Origin: Minisyncoccota bacterium
GTDB taxonomy: Bacteria > Patescibacteriota > Minisyncoccia > Phycocordibacterales > DATDWN01
NCBI GenBank assembly: GCA_036517295.1
Contig: DATDWZ010000008.1
Coordinates: 304-64,303, forward strand
Reading direction: 5' to 3'
Length of the DNA: 64,000 nucleotides
Under the pieces are notes generated by a model that was not told the DNA's origin, did no database searches, and saw only the letters and a program-made list of their open reading frames with translations. Shown here piece after piece: positions 19,586-29,971 of this stretch (the stretch's first letter is position 1; every line of letters begins with the position of its first letter). Position numbers and translations under genes: made by a program.

Positions 19586-21286
19586 CTATTTTAGATACTC
19601 GTTGGCGTAAACAGCTATCCAATTAAAAAACTCCTGCATAACCAGTACCGCACCGAATTGATTGTTTTTTGAACCCCTTTCCATAACCACGGCATAAGCA
19701 TATTTTGGATCTTTGTATGGCCAAAAACCGACCACCCAAGAATTGACTAGGTCTTTACTGACACCCAGTTGAGCCGTACCGGTCTTTGAAACAATCTCTA
19801 CAAATGGGAAATTGATGGCTCCAGATGTCCCTTCGGTCACACCAAGTCTCATCCCCTCTTTTATTATGGTGTAAAAGTCAGGGTTAAGATCTATTTTGCC
19901 GGAAGACATCCCAACATTTGTTTTTAAAAATGTTGGTACGAGTAAAGTCCCTTCGTTGGCGATAGCGGCTACGGCTCTGACAACCTGGATCGGTGATGTT
20001 TGAAAACCGTATTGTCCTATCGCCGTGTTATATGTGTCCCCCACTCTCCAAACCTCCCCTTTGAAATTCTTAGCCTTCCAACTGGGACTTGGTATGATGC
20101 CGTCTTCCTCTCCCGGAAAATAAATACCAGTGGTACTTCCAAAACCGAACATCCGTGTATATTTTTCTATGTTCGCTATTCCTATACCTTTTTGACCTTC
20201 ATATCCACCGGTAACTTCATAAAAATAAACGTTGGAAGAAACGGCTATAGCATGCCGTAAATCAACATAGCCGTGAGCTTTCCAATCTAAAAATATCGAT
20301 GGTTTGTCGGGGAAAAACGGGTTTGGTACAGATATGGAACCGGTAGAAAGAATCTGTTTTGTGGGAGAAATAATATTCTGATCCAAAGCCCCTATAGCCA
20401 TAAAGAGTTTCATTATTGAGCCGGGGGTATAAAGACCGCCCACGACACGGTTTAGGAATGGGTAATTGGTTGAAACAACCCAAGAAGATATTCTTTTTTG
20501 ATCAGCCCCGTCGGTCATGGTCTGTGAATCGTATTCGGGGAAATTACTACTGGCCAATATCTCACCGGTATGCACATTCATAATAACCCCCGCCCCTCCT
20601 TTGTAACCGGCCCTGTCCGCTATATCTAGCAAAGCGTTGTGTAGTTCTCTTTGTAAATCAATATCGATTGATAAATCAATATTGTCGCCATCAACAGGAA
20701 GCTGGATAATACTTTCTCCAACAACATTACCCTTAACATCGGTTTCTATTATCTTTGTGCCATTGGAACCGCTAATTTCTCCGTCGTATATTTTTTCTAT
20801 ACCGTCTTTCGGATCAAATTTATCCTGATAATAAAATCCGTTGGAATCCTTTGTGGGATATTTAATATAACCCAGAACCGTCGAGAGTCCTGTTGATGTA
20901 GCATATACTCTTAAAGAAAAATCCGTAGAGTTCGGATTTATATTGTTCCAGACCAGGGGCACCTTGTTCCTGTCGTATATTATCCCACGGTCTGCATAGA
21001 CCAGAGTCTTGTGTAGACTATTGTTGTCACTCCTGTTACGAAAATTTGCTCCTTGAATGATTTCAAGATTGGATAATTTATATACAAAAATAAGACCAAC
21101 ACAAAAAATAAAAAGGGTGATGAAACTTTTAACACTGTGTGGAATCGGTTTTTCTATGCGTCCCTCAAACTGATTAGTATCGAAGTTCGGTAAGTTTTTT
21201 GAATCAAGAAAAATTTCATCCGGATCAATGTCGTGGTTAGTGTTACGGGACCGTCTTTTAAATATTTTCTTTATTTGGTGGAACAT
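19586..21286 (-). CDS. mrdA: Penicillin-binding protein 2 (elongation transpeptidase)
   Basis: PGSIMK, SSNVYF and SKTGTAQ motifs; downstream of mreBC(D). Start moved to MFHQ. Confidence 0.8.
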   Translation of the reverse strand: MFHQIKKIFKRRSRNTNHDIDPDEIFLDSKNLPNFDTNQFEGRIEKPIPHSVKSFITLFIFCVGLIFVYKLSNLEIIQGANFRNRSDNNSLHKTLVYADRGIIYDRNKVPLVWNNINPNSTDFSLRVYATSTGLSTVLGYIKYPTKDSNGFYYQDKFDPKDGIEKIYDGEISGSNGTKIIETDVKGNVVGESIIQLPVDGDNIDLSIDIDLQRELHNALLDIADRAGYKGGAGVIMNVHTGEILASSNFPEYDSQTMTDGADQKRISSWVVSTNYPFLNRVVGGLYTPGSIMKLFMAIGALDQNIISPTKQILSTGSISVPNPFFPDKPSIFLDWKAHGYVDLRHAIAVSSNVYFYEVTGGYEGQKGIGIANIEKYTRMFGFGSTTGIYFPGEEDGIIPSPSWKAKNFKGEVWRVGDTYNTAIGQYGFQTSPIQVVRAVAAIANEGTLLVPTFLKTNVGMSSGKIDLNPDFYTIIKEGMRLGVTEGTSGAINFPFVEIVSKTGTAQLGVSKDLVNSWVVGFWPYKDPKYAYAVVMERGSKNNQFGAVLVMQEFFNWIAVYANEYLK

Positions 21287-21290
21287 GACT

Positions 21291-21545
21291 TTATCTCCTG
21301 ATTTGTGTTTTAGTAAAATAAACAATAACCAAGAAAACGGCGGATGTAGTCAATCCGATGTATGGGAATTGGAAATTTACAGCATATAGGATGTCAAAAA
21401 GGAAGCCGAAAAACAGAACTTCCGGATAGAGTGGTAAATAAATCGTCAAACTGACCAGAATCAGACAAGATATATACCACGGCAATAAAAGTAGAGACAA
21501 AAAAACAACAACGAAAAGTAATATTCTTACTAAAATACCGTTCAT
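21291..21545 (-). CDS. Small membrane protein in the MreD position
   Basis: Hydrophobic, with a GFLFDIL motif, between mreC and mrdA. Confidence 0.55.
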   Translation of the reverse strand: MNGILVRILLFVVVFLSLLLLPWYISCLILVSLTIYLPLYPEVLFFGFLFDILYAVNFQFPYIGLTTSAVFLVIVYFTKTQIRR

Positions 21546-21645
21546 CCCGTTAGAGTTTATCATTATATATTCTAGTACATTAGAACTTGCTTAATTCCAT
21601 TAGCATAATCACAACATCTCGGAGCCAAGTTAAACTCTAACGGGA
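21545..21645 (-). repeat. Family A element, copy 2
   Basis: TCCCGTTAGAGTTTA...TAAACTCTAACGGGA, 101 bp. Confidence 0.85.
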
Positions 21646-21676
21646 TTAATGGAATTACTATATCACAAAGACCATT

Positions 21677-22471
21677 TTATTTGGTTTTTTCTATAAAGAC
21701 AGACTTCGCGGAGAAAACATTGCCCAAACTTCTTATATACACCGTTTTAAAAGAACTTTGAGAATTAGTGTCTATGTAATACACACTACCTATGATAGAC
21801 GAGGCTATTCCCGGATACATAAAAACATCACCCCATAAAATATCAGTTTCCTTCGGAACTTCCAGTTTCATATTAGCCCCTCCCGCACCAGTAATAGTAA
21901 ACGAAGCTCCGGTACGGGATAGGGTCATTTGTTCTGCCACACCGCTACTGGAAAAAAGACGAACCAGAGATGTGTGTGGGGTGATATTGGTAACAATACC
22001 TATAATAGTTACATCCGACAAATAAACTTTATTACCGAGGACAACACCGTCAGAGGAGCCCGCGTCCACAACAAATGTATCGTACGGAGATTGTGGCGGT
22101 TTGGATAATATTCGAGCCATGACCCGACTGGTTGAGATTTTTCTTCCCAATTCCTCTTTCAGTTCCAGATTTTCTTTTAACAAAGCATCATAATCTATTT
22201 CTTTCATCCGTAGGTTGGATAACTCCTCTTTTATAGCAAGATTATCCGTAATCAACCTGCTCTTGAAAACAAAAAAATCTTTTGCATATATGAACGGTTT
22301 GGCCGATGTATTACCTATAATCCAGATAGGCCTGGAAACGGTATAAAAAAAACTTCGGAGATAACCCATAAATAAAAAACCGGAAAAGCTTAGAAGCATG
22401 AACAAGACAATGGTGAAGATCATTTTCCTGTGACCGAAAGACTTTGGTTTACTTCTTAGGAGGTAATTCAT
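21677..22471 (-). CDS. mreC: Rod shape-determining protein MreC
   Basis: TM helix, coiled coil (LLKENLELKEELG) and DTFVVDAGSSDGV; follows mreB. Confidence 0.85.
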   Translation of the reverse strand: MNYLLRSKPKSFGHRKMIFTIVLFMLLSFSGFLFMGYLRSFFYTVSRPIWIIGNTSAKPFIYAKDFFVFKSRLITDNLAIKEELSNLRMKEIDYDALLKENLELKEELGRKISTSRVMARILSKPPQSPYDTFVVDAGSSDGVVLGNKVYLSDVTIIGIVTNITPHTSLVRLFSSSGVAEQMTLSRTGASFTITGAGGANMKLEVPKETDILWGDVFMYPGIASSIIGSVYYIDTNSQSSFKTVYIRSLGNVFSAKSVFIEKTK

Positions 22472-23510
22472 CTTGGTTGGCGATTAAAACATCTTTGTAT
22501 AATTCTATGTCGTCCAAGATAATACCCGTGCCACGACAAACAGCAGTCAGTGGATCGTCGGCTATGTGAACGGGGATTTTTGTATATTCATGAATAATCT
22601 CAGCAAGTCCTTTTATCAAGGCCCCTCCACCAAACAGATAAACTCCCCGATGCATCACATCAGATAGAATTTCCGGCGGAGTCGTTTCCAAAACCTCCTT
22701 AACCGATTCTATGAGTGTATCTATCGACTGCGAAATGGCTTCCCGAATATCGGAGTCGGTTATGACCACTTCGCGTGGAAGACCTGATATAAGATCACGA
22801 CCTTTTATCGATGCCTCAAGCGGAACATCACTCGGTAATATCGCTCCTATGGATATTTTTATATTTTCTGCAGTTTTTTCACCGATTAAAATTTTGAACT
22901 CGCTTCGAACATAGGAAATGATGTCGTTGTTCAATTTATCTCCTGCGATACGGACATTTTTTGAACGAACCACTCCACCGAGAGAAATTACGGCGATATC
23001 GGAAGTTCCGCCACCTATATCTATGACCATATTACCAATAGGTTCGTGAATAGGAAGTCTTATGCCAATCGCGCCGGCCATTGGCTCTTCGACGATATAT
23101 ACCTCCGAAGCTCCGGCATTTTTACACGCATCACGAACCGCACGAGTTTCCACATTTGTAATTCCAGACGGAACACCGACAACAACGCGCGGACCTAAAA
23201 GTTTTTTATTATGCTTTTGGGCTTTGTTCAAGAGATAAGTAATCATTTCCTCGGTTACTTCGAAATCAGAAATAACACCGTCCACAAGAGGACGGATGGC
23301 AACGATATGCCCCGGAGTTCTGCCGAGCATCTGCTTGGCATCTTTACCAACAGCAACCACACGACCGGTCTTTTGGTTCACAGCAACAACAGACGGTTCG
23401 TTCAACACTATTCCCTTACCGCGCAAATAGACCAAAGTATTGGCGGTACCCAAATCGATACCGATATCGTTCGAGAGAAGTCTTTTAAATTGTTCGAAGT
23501 TTTTTATCAT
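22449..23510 (-). CDS. mreB: Actin-like rod shape-determining protein MreB
   Basis: IGIDLGTANT, IDIGGGTSD and GGGALIKG motifs. Confidence 0.95.
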   Translation of the reverse strand: MIKNFEQFKRLLSNDIGIDLGTANTLVYLRGKGIVLNEPSVVAVNQKTGRVVAVGKDAKQMLGRTPGHIVAIRPLVDGVISDFEVTEEMITYLLNKAQKHNKKLLGPRVVVGVPSGITNVETRAVRDACKNAGASEVYIVEEPMAGAIGIRLPIHEPIGNMVIDIGGGTSDIAVISLGGVVRSKNVRIAGDKLNNDIISYVRSEFKILIGEKTAENIKISIGAILPSDVPLEASIKGRDLISGLPREVVITDSDIREAISQSIDTLIESVKEVLETTPPEILSDVMHRGVYLFGGGALIKGLAEIIHEYTKIPVHIADDPLTAVCRGTGIILDDIELYKDVLIANQDELPPKK

Positions 23511-23526
23511 AAATTAAATCAGAACA

Positions 23527-23650
23527 AGAAAATCTCATCGAGCACTGTCTTGATGAGAGACTAGTGAGCGCGTCGGCGCGAACTCAAGGAAAATTTTAGC
23601 AAAAATTTATCCGTATCTCTCAGAGAGATAGTGTGAGAAAGAGATTTTCT
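23527..23650 (+). repeat. Family B ~125-bp hairpin repeat, copy 1
   Basis: Terminal stem AGAAAATCTC/GAGATTTTCT; a 36-nt core is identical to the reverse complement of the copy at 58739-58863. Confidence 0.75.
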
Positions 23651-23661
23651 CTATACAAGTC

Positions 23662-24906
23662 TTACAAAATTTTCAAAGCATCCTCAACCGACATCAATTC
23701 CGAATCTGCGGATGTCCTCATCTTCACTTCAACCTTATTCTCAGCAACGGTCTTATCGCTAACCACAAACCGAACCGGAATACCTATAAGGTCAGAATCT
23801 GCGAATTTCTCTCCCGGTCGTATATCCCGGTCATCATAGAGTACAGGAATTCCCCTCTTTCGCAAATCGGCATATAAGTTGTCTGTAAAAGAGACTACTG
23901 CCTCGTTTACACCGAGTCTCACTAGATGGACCACAAACGGAGCAACTTCTTTCGGCCAAACCATACCTTTGTCGTCGGAAAGAAGTTCAACAATTGTACC
24001 CATAAGTCGTCCGAGGCCAATACCATAAGCTCCAAGAACAACGGTACTTTCTTTACCATTTTCTTCTTTAAAATTAAGACCGAGCTCGGTAGTATAACGA
24101 GTACCATATTTGAATATATTTCCAACTTCGATTGATTTCGCCTCTACCAATGTTTCTTTTTTTAATCCTAATCCTTGTAAAATATCATTCTGCATAACCT
24201 CGTCATTTACAGCCAAACTTTTTTCTTTATCTATAAAAATATGATCCTCCCCAGCATCACAAATCGTCTGAAATTCGTGACTGAATTTACTAAACATTCC
24301 TCCTGAGGCAAAAGTTAAATAAGTTTTATCTCCAATCCCCACCCGGTTATATACATTTTTATATGCTCGAATAGCTTTTTCATAGAACGCATCTAACTCC
24401 TTCTGATTTCTATTGAAAGAGTACATGTCTTTCATTAGAAATTCTCTCCCACGCATTATTCCGGACTTTGACCTTAGTTCATTTCTAAATTTTGTCTGGA
24501 ATTGATGTGTATACCTAGGCAAATCACGATATGAACTAATGTGATCCTTCATCATTCTTACCATTGGTTCTTCGTGAGTACAGCCAAGCCCAAGCTCCGT
24601 ATCATTTTTTAATTTTGTCTTAAACCATACATCAACTTTTTCGTCGCTCCATCTATCGGTTGCTTTCCATATCTCTGGATCCTGAAGTGTTGAGAGAGAT
24701 ACTTCTTCACTACCAATCGCTTCCATTTCCTCTCTAATGATTTTTCTAAGGTTATTGATTACCCTTAAACCTAGAGGTAAGTAATCATAAACTCCAGCCA
24801 TTTCTTTGTGTATAAATCCAGCTTTAATAAGAAGCTGGGCGTTCTTTGAAACCTCATCGGACGGAGCTTCTTTACGGGTTTTTGTAAAAAGTTGTGATTG
24901 TTTCAT
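23662..24906 (-). CDS. proS: Prolyl-tRNA synthetase (short form, no INS editing domain evident)
   Basis: THEE, KFRNELR..GIMRGREFLMKDMYSF, IEVGNIF and YGIGLGRL motifs. Start moved to MKQSQ. Confidence 0.92.
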   Translation of the reverse strand: MKQSQLFTKTRKEAPSDEVSKNAQLLIKAGFIHKEMAGVYDYLPLGLRVINNLRKIIREEMEAIGSEEVSLSTLQDPEIWKATDRWSDEKVDVWFKTKLKNDTELGLGCTHEEPMVRMMKDHISSYRDLPRYTHQFQTKFRNELRSKSGIMRGREFLMKDMYSFNRNQKELDAFYEKAIRAYKNVYNRVGIGDKTYLTFASGGMFSKFSHEFQTICDAGEDHIFIDKEKSLAVNDEVMQNDILQGLGLKKETLVEAKSIEVGNIFKYGTRYTTELGLNFKEENGKESTVVLGAYGIGLGRLMGTIVELLSDDKGMVWPKEVAPFVVHLVRLGVNEAVVSFTDNLYADLRKRGIPVLYDDRDIRPGEKFADSDLIGIPVRFVVSDKTVAENKVEVKMRTSADSELMSVEDALKIL

Positions 24907-25004
24907 CCCGTTAGAGTTTATGTTTATATATTCTAGCAAATAAAATAAATTTATCTGAATACTGTGACAACGGTGTCTCCGAAACGAGTAAGACTCTAAC
25001 GGGA
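24906..25004 (-). repeat. Family A element, copy 3 (ends on the proS ATG)
   Basis: TCCCGTTAGAGT...ACTCTAACGGGA, 99 bp. Confidence 0.8.
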
Positions 25005-25042
25005 CAAGTCACTACATATTATAGCAAAAAAGAGAGAGGGTC

Positions 25043-25249
25043 AAAAAAACTCCTGGGCCGTAGGGCGCCAAGCTTTTGGCTTGGCTCCTACGGGGAGGAG
25101 TATCATCGCGCATGTCTTGTTTTGGTCGACACCTCAGCCTTCAGCCGAGGGACTGCGTCGAGGGGGATAAGAATGCCGATGGCTCTTGATCTAACCATGA
25201 TGGGCGACCATTCCCTCGGGCCGTCCAGTTAGATCTTGGAAAAATCGCT
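25043..25249 (-). ncRNA. Candidate three-hairpin non-coding RNA
   Basis: TTGACA-16-TATAGT promoter (25256-83), three GC-rich hairpins with the last followed by a T run, and no ORF. Confidence 0.5.
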
Positions 25250-25279
25250 TTCGCTACTATACATTATGTCAACTTTTTG

Positions 25280-26386
25280 TCAAATCAGATTAAAAATATC
25301 ATGACCGGTAACAACTAGCATCAAAATTATTAAGCATGCGAAGCCGAGAATATTTGTCCACTTAACTATGTTCGGCGATATCGATCTTCGTAGGATAGCC
25401 TCAACTCCGACGAACAAAAGCCTTCCTCCGTCAAGCGCAGGAAACGGAACAAGATTTATTATGGCCAAGTTAACGGAAATGAGTGTGACGAGAGATAGAA
25501 GGTATGCAAATCCAAGTTGGGTTGCTTCTCCCACAATCTTTGCTATGCCGATGGGCCCGCTGACCTGAGAAAGATCGGATTTAAGCATAATCGTATTCCA
25601 TAGAAATATTCCAAGGCTTATGGCCGTACCTTTTGTCAGAAGATATGTAGTACGAGCGCCTTCAAGTAAAGCCAGATGGGGTGGAAGTTTCAAAATACCC
25701 ATTTCGTCCAATGCAACACCTATAGAACGCGAGCCAAAAACCATATCGGCGGTAGGCGCGATAAAAATAGTAGCCGGAGGATTGTCCCCTCTCTTGTATA
25801 AAACTTGTATGTTTCGTCCAGCGCTCTCAGTAATAAGATTTTTGAAACTCTGCGGATTGAGACTTTCGTTCTGTAAAGAAGTTTTGCCCGAATTAGCAAA
25901 AACTATCAGGTCGCCCGCCAACAGTCCCGACTCTTCAGCCGGTGAACCACCTAAAACTTCCGTGACAATAAGATGTGGATTTGTGATTTGGCCATATTCA
26001 GAATATCCGGCCGAGGATGGGAGGCCGATTGAAAATCCTAGAGAAATAACCAGCCAGGCAAAAATCATATTGAAAGCAACACCGGCCACTAGGACCATAG
26101 CCTGGATAAATCTGTTTTTGTGAATGAAACTTCTAGACTTATCGGCCTCCGATAAGGATTCTACATGAGAGTTCTCGCCAAATATCTTTACAAAACCTCC
26201 GAACGGGATAAGGTTCAGGGTATATCTTGTTTCGCCCAACTTCACAGAAAAAATCCTCGGCGGAAATCCTAGGCCAAACTCGTCCACCCGTATTCCACAC
26301 ATTTTTGCCACAATAAAATGCCCAAATTCGTGGACTAGGACTAAAATAGCGAGAATGATGAGGAAAATGATGATTGACATATTCAA
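25280..26386 (-). CDS. rseP: Site-2 intramembrane zinc metalloprotease with PDZ domain
   Basis: HEFGH, NLIPFGGFV and NLVPFPALDGG motifs. Confidence 0.9.
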   Translation of the reverse strand: MNMSIIIFLIILAILVLVHEFGHFIVAKMCGIRVDEFGLGFPPRIFSVKLGETRYTLNLIPFGGFVKIFGENSHVESLSEADKSRSFIHKNRFIQAMVLVAGVAFNMIFAWLVISLGFSIGLPSSAGYSEYGQITNPHLIVTEVLGGSPAEESGLLAGDLIVFANSGKTSLQNESLNPQSFKNLITESAGRNIQVLYKRGDNPPATIFIAPTADMVFGSRSIGVALDEMGILKLPPHLALLEGARTTYLLTKGTAISLGIFLWNTIMLKSDLSQVSGPIGIAKIVGEATQLGFAYLLSLVTLISVNLAIINLVPFPALDGGRLLFVGVEAILRRSISPNIVKWTNILGFACLIILMLVVTGHDIFNLI

Positions 26387-26388
26387 TA

Positions 26389-26501
26389 GAAATTTTTAAT
26401 TCTTAATTTTGTAATTTTTAAATAATTTCTAATGAATTAATTTTTAAACATTTGAAATTAAAATTTATTTATAAAATTAAAAATTCAAAAATTATAAAAT
26501 T
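26389..26501. repeat. AT-rich heptamer-repeat element
   Basis: Shares ~39 identical nt (TTAATTTTGTAATTTTTAAATAATTTCTAATGAATTAAT) with 27080-27143. Confidence 0.65.
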
Positions 26502-27057
26502 ACTCCGTAATCTCCTTCTCTTTCTTTGCAAAATTCTCCTCAAGCATCCGCCCGGCATCGTCCAACATCTTCTGAAGTTCCGCTTTAAAACGAAACTTCT
26601 CGTCCTCAGACATCCCTCCTTCTTTTTCTTGCCTGTCGATATCCTTTATAACCCTTTCCCTCTCGGCGCGTAAAGTGACTCTGGCATCCTCCAGTTTCTG
26701 CTTAGCGATTTTTACAAGATCCGCTCGCCTATCCGAAGTCAGCCCCGGAAAAGTTACCCGCAGTCCCTTATCGTCCAGAGCAACCGAAAGCCCGAGGTCT
26801 GCGAGAACTATTGCCTTTTCTATAGCCTTGGCCACCGACATGTCCCACGGAGTAATACGCAACATCCGAGCATCTTCAATGGAAATATTGGCGAGCTCCA
26901 TTACCGCCATGTCAGCGTCGTATGCCTCCACCCTAACTCCGTCCAAAATAGCCGGTGTCGCTCGTCCGGTGCGGATGGTTGTGAACTCACGCCGGAGCCA
27001 GTCTTCTGTGTCTTTAACAGACTGTTTAAATGTAGCGAAATTGTATTGCATAGTCAT
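26500..27057 (-). CDS. frr: Ribosome recycling factor
   Basis: IRTGRATPAILD, LRITPWD and KKEKEI motifs. Confidence 0.93.
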   Translation of the reverse strand: MTMQYNFATFKQSVKDTEDWLRREFTTIRTGRATPAILDGVRVEAYDADMAVMELANISIEDARMLRITPWDMSVAKAIEKAIVLADLGLSVALDDKGLRVTFPGLTSDRRADLVKIAKQKLEDARVTLRAERERVIKDIDRQEKEGGMSEDEKFRFKAELQKMLDDAGRMLEENFAKKEKEITE

Positions 27058-27079
27058 TACAGCATAACATATTATGCTG

Positions 27080-27143
27080 AATTTTCAATTTTTAATTTTG
27101 TAATTTTTAAATAATTTCTAATGAATTAATGTCTAAAAAATTA
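27080..27143. repeat. AT-rich heptamer-repeat element (partial)
   Basis: AATTTTCAATTTTTAATTTTGTAATTTTT...; a further short copy lies at 29974-30004. Confidence 0.6.
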
Positions 27144-27833
27144 AATGTTTAGTAATAAATTTTCCAAGATTATTTTCACCGGCGCACCGCGATCGTATAG
27201 AGAGGCCCGAGCTTCCTGACAAAGTTCTAGGACTTTAGATGATTTCTCGACGCCCAATCCATACAATTCCGATTCAACTTGATTAAGAAAGGCGATAGCA
27301 TCTTGTTTTGTCTTCTCTTCGTCACTTATGGCTTCCGTTATTTCTTTTACTCTAGCCAAACGCTCGACTAGCTTTAGTTCCAAAATACTTTCTAACTTTA
27401 TAGACTTTTGACTTTCGCCTCCTATCACCAACATTCTAGATCGTAATGTTGGTAATAACATATCCTGCGGAGAAATTATGAAAAAATGCGTCCCAACTGT
27501 CGGTTCCTCAAATACTTTGAGTAGCGAGTTCTGTGCTTCTTGTGTAATAAAATCTGCTTGAATTATAAAAATCCTCTTACTTGGAAGCCGAGCTTCCAAG
27601 TAGGTTTCGAATGGCTTACGATTGGCACTTTCCATAATGGCACGAGCGTCGTCAATGGTCAGCGTTTTAAACTCTCCGTGCCAAAAATCCGGATTGCCGG
27701 CCGTTTTAACTCCAACCGTGTTTTCCAAAAAGTCTTTAAGTTTTTCGACCAACCCCTTTGCTTTATTCTCAACAAAAAAATAGGCGTGGTGGAGATGCTC
27801 TGAGTTTTTATATAAATCAATAAGCGACTGCAT
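27141..27833 (-). CDS. holB: DNA polymerase III delta-prime-like clamp loader subunit (short)
   Basis: LHHAYFF, NPDF, EAQNSLLKVFEEP and LLPTLRSR motifs. Confidence 0.7.
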   Translation of the reverse strand: MQSLIDLYKNSEHLHHAYFFVENKAKGLVEKLKDFLENTVGVKTAGNPDFWHGEFKTLTIDDARAIMESANRKPFETYLEARLPSKRIFIIQADFITQEAQNSLLKVFEEPTVGTHFFIISPQDMLLPTLRSRMLVIGGESQKSIKLESILELKLVERLARVKEITEAISDEEKTKQDAIAFLNQVESELYGLGVEKSSKVLELCQEARASLYDRGAPVKIILENLLLNI

Positions 27834-27902
27834 GAGTTCAGTATAACAAAACATAAAACAAAACGGCGCACCTTGTAAGGGTGCGCCCGAGTGAAACCGG
27901 CG

Positions 27903-28112
27903 TTAGGGGGAAGAATAAGCCAGACGAAGCACCGGCATGGCCCACGACGGTGTTGGGACGATGTAGAGAATCATAACCACCGACCCAAAACTGAGGTAGT
28001 ACCGATTCTGGACCGGGTCATACCTCGCACCCTCTCTCACCAACGCCTGACCGGCCAGTTCTTCCGAAGCGAAGAGGCCGTTCGGCCTCCCGAAAAAATC
28101 AATGCTGTACAT
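27903..28112 (-). CDS. Small GC-rich hypothetical protein
   Basis: GGAGGT Shine-Dalgarno before ATG 28112; hairpin GGCGCACC/GGTGCGCC downstream. Confidence 0.4.
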   Translation of the reverse strand: MYSIDFFGRPNGLFASEELAGQALVREGARYDPVQNRYYLSFGSVVMILYIVPTPSWAMPVLRLAYSSP

Positions 28113-28172
28113 CCGCACCTCCGAGAATAATGATACTGTATTCTCTCCGAAATAGAATCTTCCCAGGAGGAA

Positions 28173-29186
28173 TCAGCGCTTCGAAATTATCAATCGCTTG
28201 TATGTATCTAGATGTTCTAAAGCAATCCCTGTCCCCTTTGCCACACAATATAGAGGGTCTTTTGCCAAAACGGCTTTCACACCAGTCCGACGAAAAACAA
28301 GTTCGGGGAAATTGCGTAGTTGTGACGAACCGCCAGTCATTATGATTCCCTGATCAATAATATCTGACGAAAGTTCTGGTGGAGTTTCCTGCAAAACATC
28401 TTTTATTGCTTTTATCATTTCACGCAGGTCTTTCGATATCGCTTTGACTATCTCGTTTGTTTTTATTTCAACGCTTCGTGGAAGACCGGTCACAAAATCG
28501 CGACCTTTTATGGTCATTGAAAGTTCTTCATCGAGAGGAATGGCCGAGCCGATGTTTATTTTTATATCTTCCGCTGTCTTGTCGCCGATGCCGAGATTGA
28601 ATGTTTTCTTTATATAGTCGGTTATAGCATAATCGATTTTATTTCCTGCGCATTTAACCGATGTTGAAGAAACGATACCGCCGAGAGAAATCACCGCCAC
28701 GTCCGTCGTTCCTCCGCCGATATCAACGATCATGTGTCCCATTGCTTCGTGAATCGGAATCCCCGCGCCGATAGCGGCCAGAATCGGCTCTTTGACCACG
28801 TAGGCGTTTTTCGCGCCGGCTCGTATTGCCGCTTCTATAACCGCCCGCCGTTCGGTCGATGTCACGCCCGCAGGGACAGAAACAAGAACCTCGGGCTTTG
28901 TAAAATTCCATTTACCCAAAGCTTTATCCATGTAATATCGCAACATCGCTTCCGTAACACGATAATCAGCAATGACACCGTCTTTCATAGGACGATAAGC
29001 AATTATGTTTTCTGGAGTACGACCAATCATCTCCTTTGCTTCGATACCGATGGCCACAATACGATTGTCCTCTTCAGACACTGCCACAACGGATGGTTCA
29101 TTCAGAACTATCCCGCGACCAGGAACAAAGACCAGTATATTGGCCGTACCAAGGTCGATTCCGAGCTTTTTTGAGAAAATTCCCAT
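28173..29186 (-). CDS. mreB: Second MreB/Mbl-family actin homologue
   Basis: LGIDLGTAN, VDIGGGTTD and TGGSSQL motifs. Confidence 0.9.
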   Translation of the reverse strand: MGIFSKKLGIDLGTANILVFVPGRGIVLNEPSVVAVSEEDNRIVAIGIEAKEMIGRTPENIIAYRPMKDGVIADYRVTEAMLRYYMDKALGKWNFTKPEVLVSVPAGVTSTERRAVIEAAIRAGAKNAYVVKEPILAAIGAGIPIHEAMGHMIVDIGGGTTDVAVISLGGIVSSTSVKCAGNKIDYAITDYIKKTFNLGIGDKTAEDIKINIGSAIPLDEELSMTIKGRDFVTGLPRSVEIKTNEIVKAISKDLREMIKAIKDVLQETPPELSSDIIDQGIIMTGGSSQLRNFPELVFRRTGVKAVLAKDPLYCVAKGTGIALEHLDTYKRLIISKR

Positions 29187-29206
29187 AATGGTATACTATA
29201 GCTGAT

Positions 29207-29971
29207 ATGCTGGATAATGCAAAAAGGGAAATCTTGAAACATAAAGAGCTTTACGCGACTATCTTGGTCGTTGTTTTAATTATTATTTCTGGTCTTGTCG
29301 GCTACAAAAAAGGCTACAGGTTCCAGAACAACTTTTTGATCGGAAAAGTTGGAACTTTATCTATAACCATACCGACAATACAGACAAATATTTTTATCGA
29401 CCAAAACCGTAAAATCACAACAATGAGCGACAACCAAACGGTGAGCATCCCACTATCCCCACGCAGTCACTCGGTCATTGTTTCTCACGACGGATACTTT
29501 CCTTGGAAGAAAGACTTTACTATGCCTAGTGGCGGAAACATCGTCCTCTCCCCTATTTTTGTAACCCAAAATGCAACGGGGCAAATTATTTTGAAAAACG
29601 ATCCAGAGTTTTGGGAAATCAGAAGCCGAATAATTCGCGACATCTTACCCACAAAAGAAAACCCCAGATTCTCTACAGATAATTTCGGAGCAATGTGGAT
29701 TGAAGACAACGCGGTAATAGTTAAGGTACAAGAAAAAATGTTCACGGTTATCCAGCCCGACACTGTAATAAAAAACCTCTACTTTTACAAAGACAGAAGC
29801 GACACCGTAGTTTTCTCAACAAATAATTCTATATATGTAATCGAGGTTAACAAAGAAGGTACCCAGAACTTCATACCCATATACAAAGGTAAAAACCCTT
29901 ACTTCATCGCCAGGGACATCGGCTTCATATATGTTCTCGATGGAGAGACTTTGATGCAGGTGATTATCTAA
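29207..29971 (+). CDS. Membrane-anchored PEGA-like domain protein
   Basis: TM helix, GYRF, and LSPRSHSVIVSHDGYFPWKK. Confidence 0.6.
   Translation: MLDNAKREILKHKELYATILVVVLIIISGLVGYKKGYRFQNNFLIGKVGTLSITIPTIQTNIFIDQNRKITTMSDNQTVSIPLSPRSHSVIVSHDGYFPWKKDFTMPSGGNIVLSPIFVTQNATGQIILKNDPEFWEIRSRIIRDILPTKENPRFSTDNFGAMWIEDNAVIVKVQEKMFTVIQPDTVIKNLYFYKDRSDTVVFSTNNSIYVIEVNKEGTQNFIPIYKGKNPYFIARDIGFIYVLDGETLMQVII

Noticed and set aside
25043-25249. T-box riboswitch for proS
   Set aside because: No UGGNACC T-box sequence, and proS has a separate promoter after the terminator.
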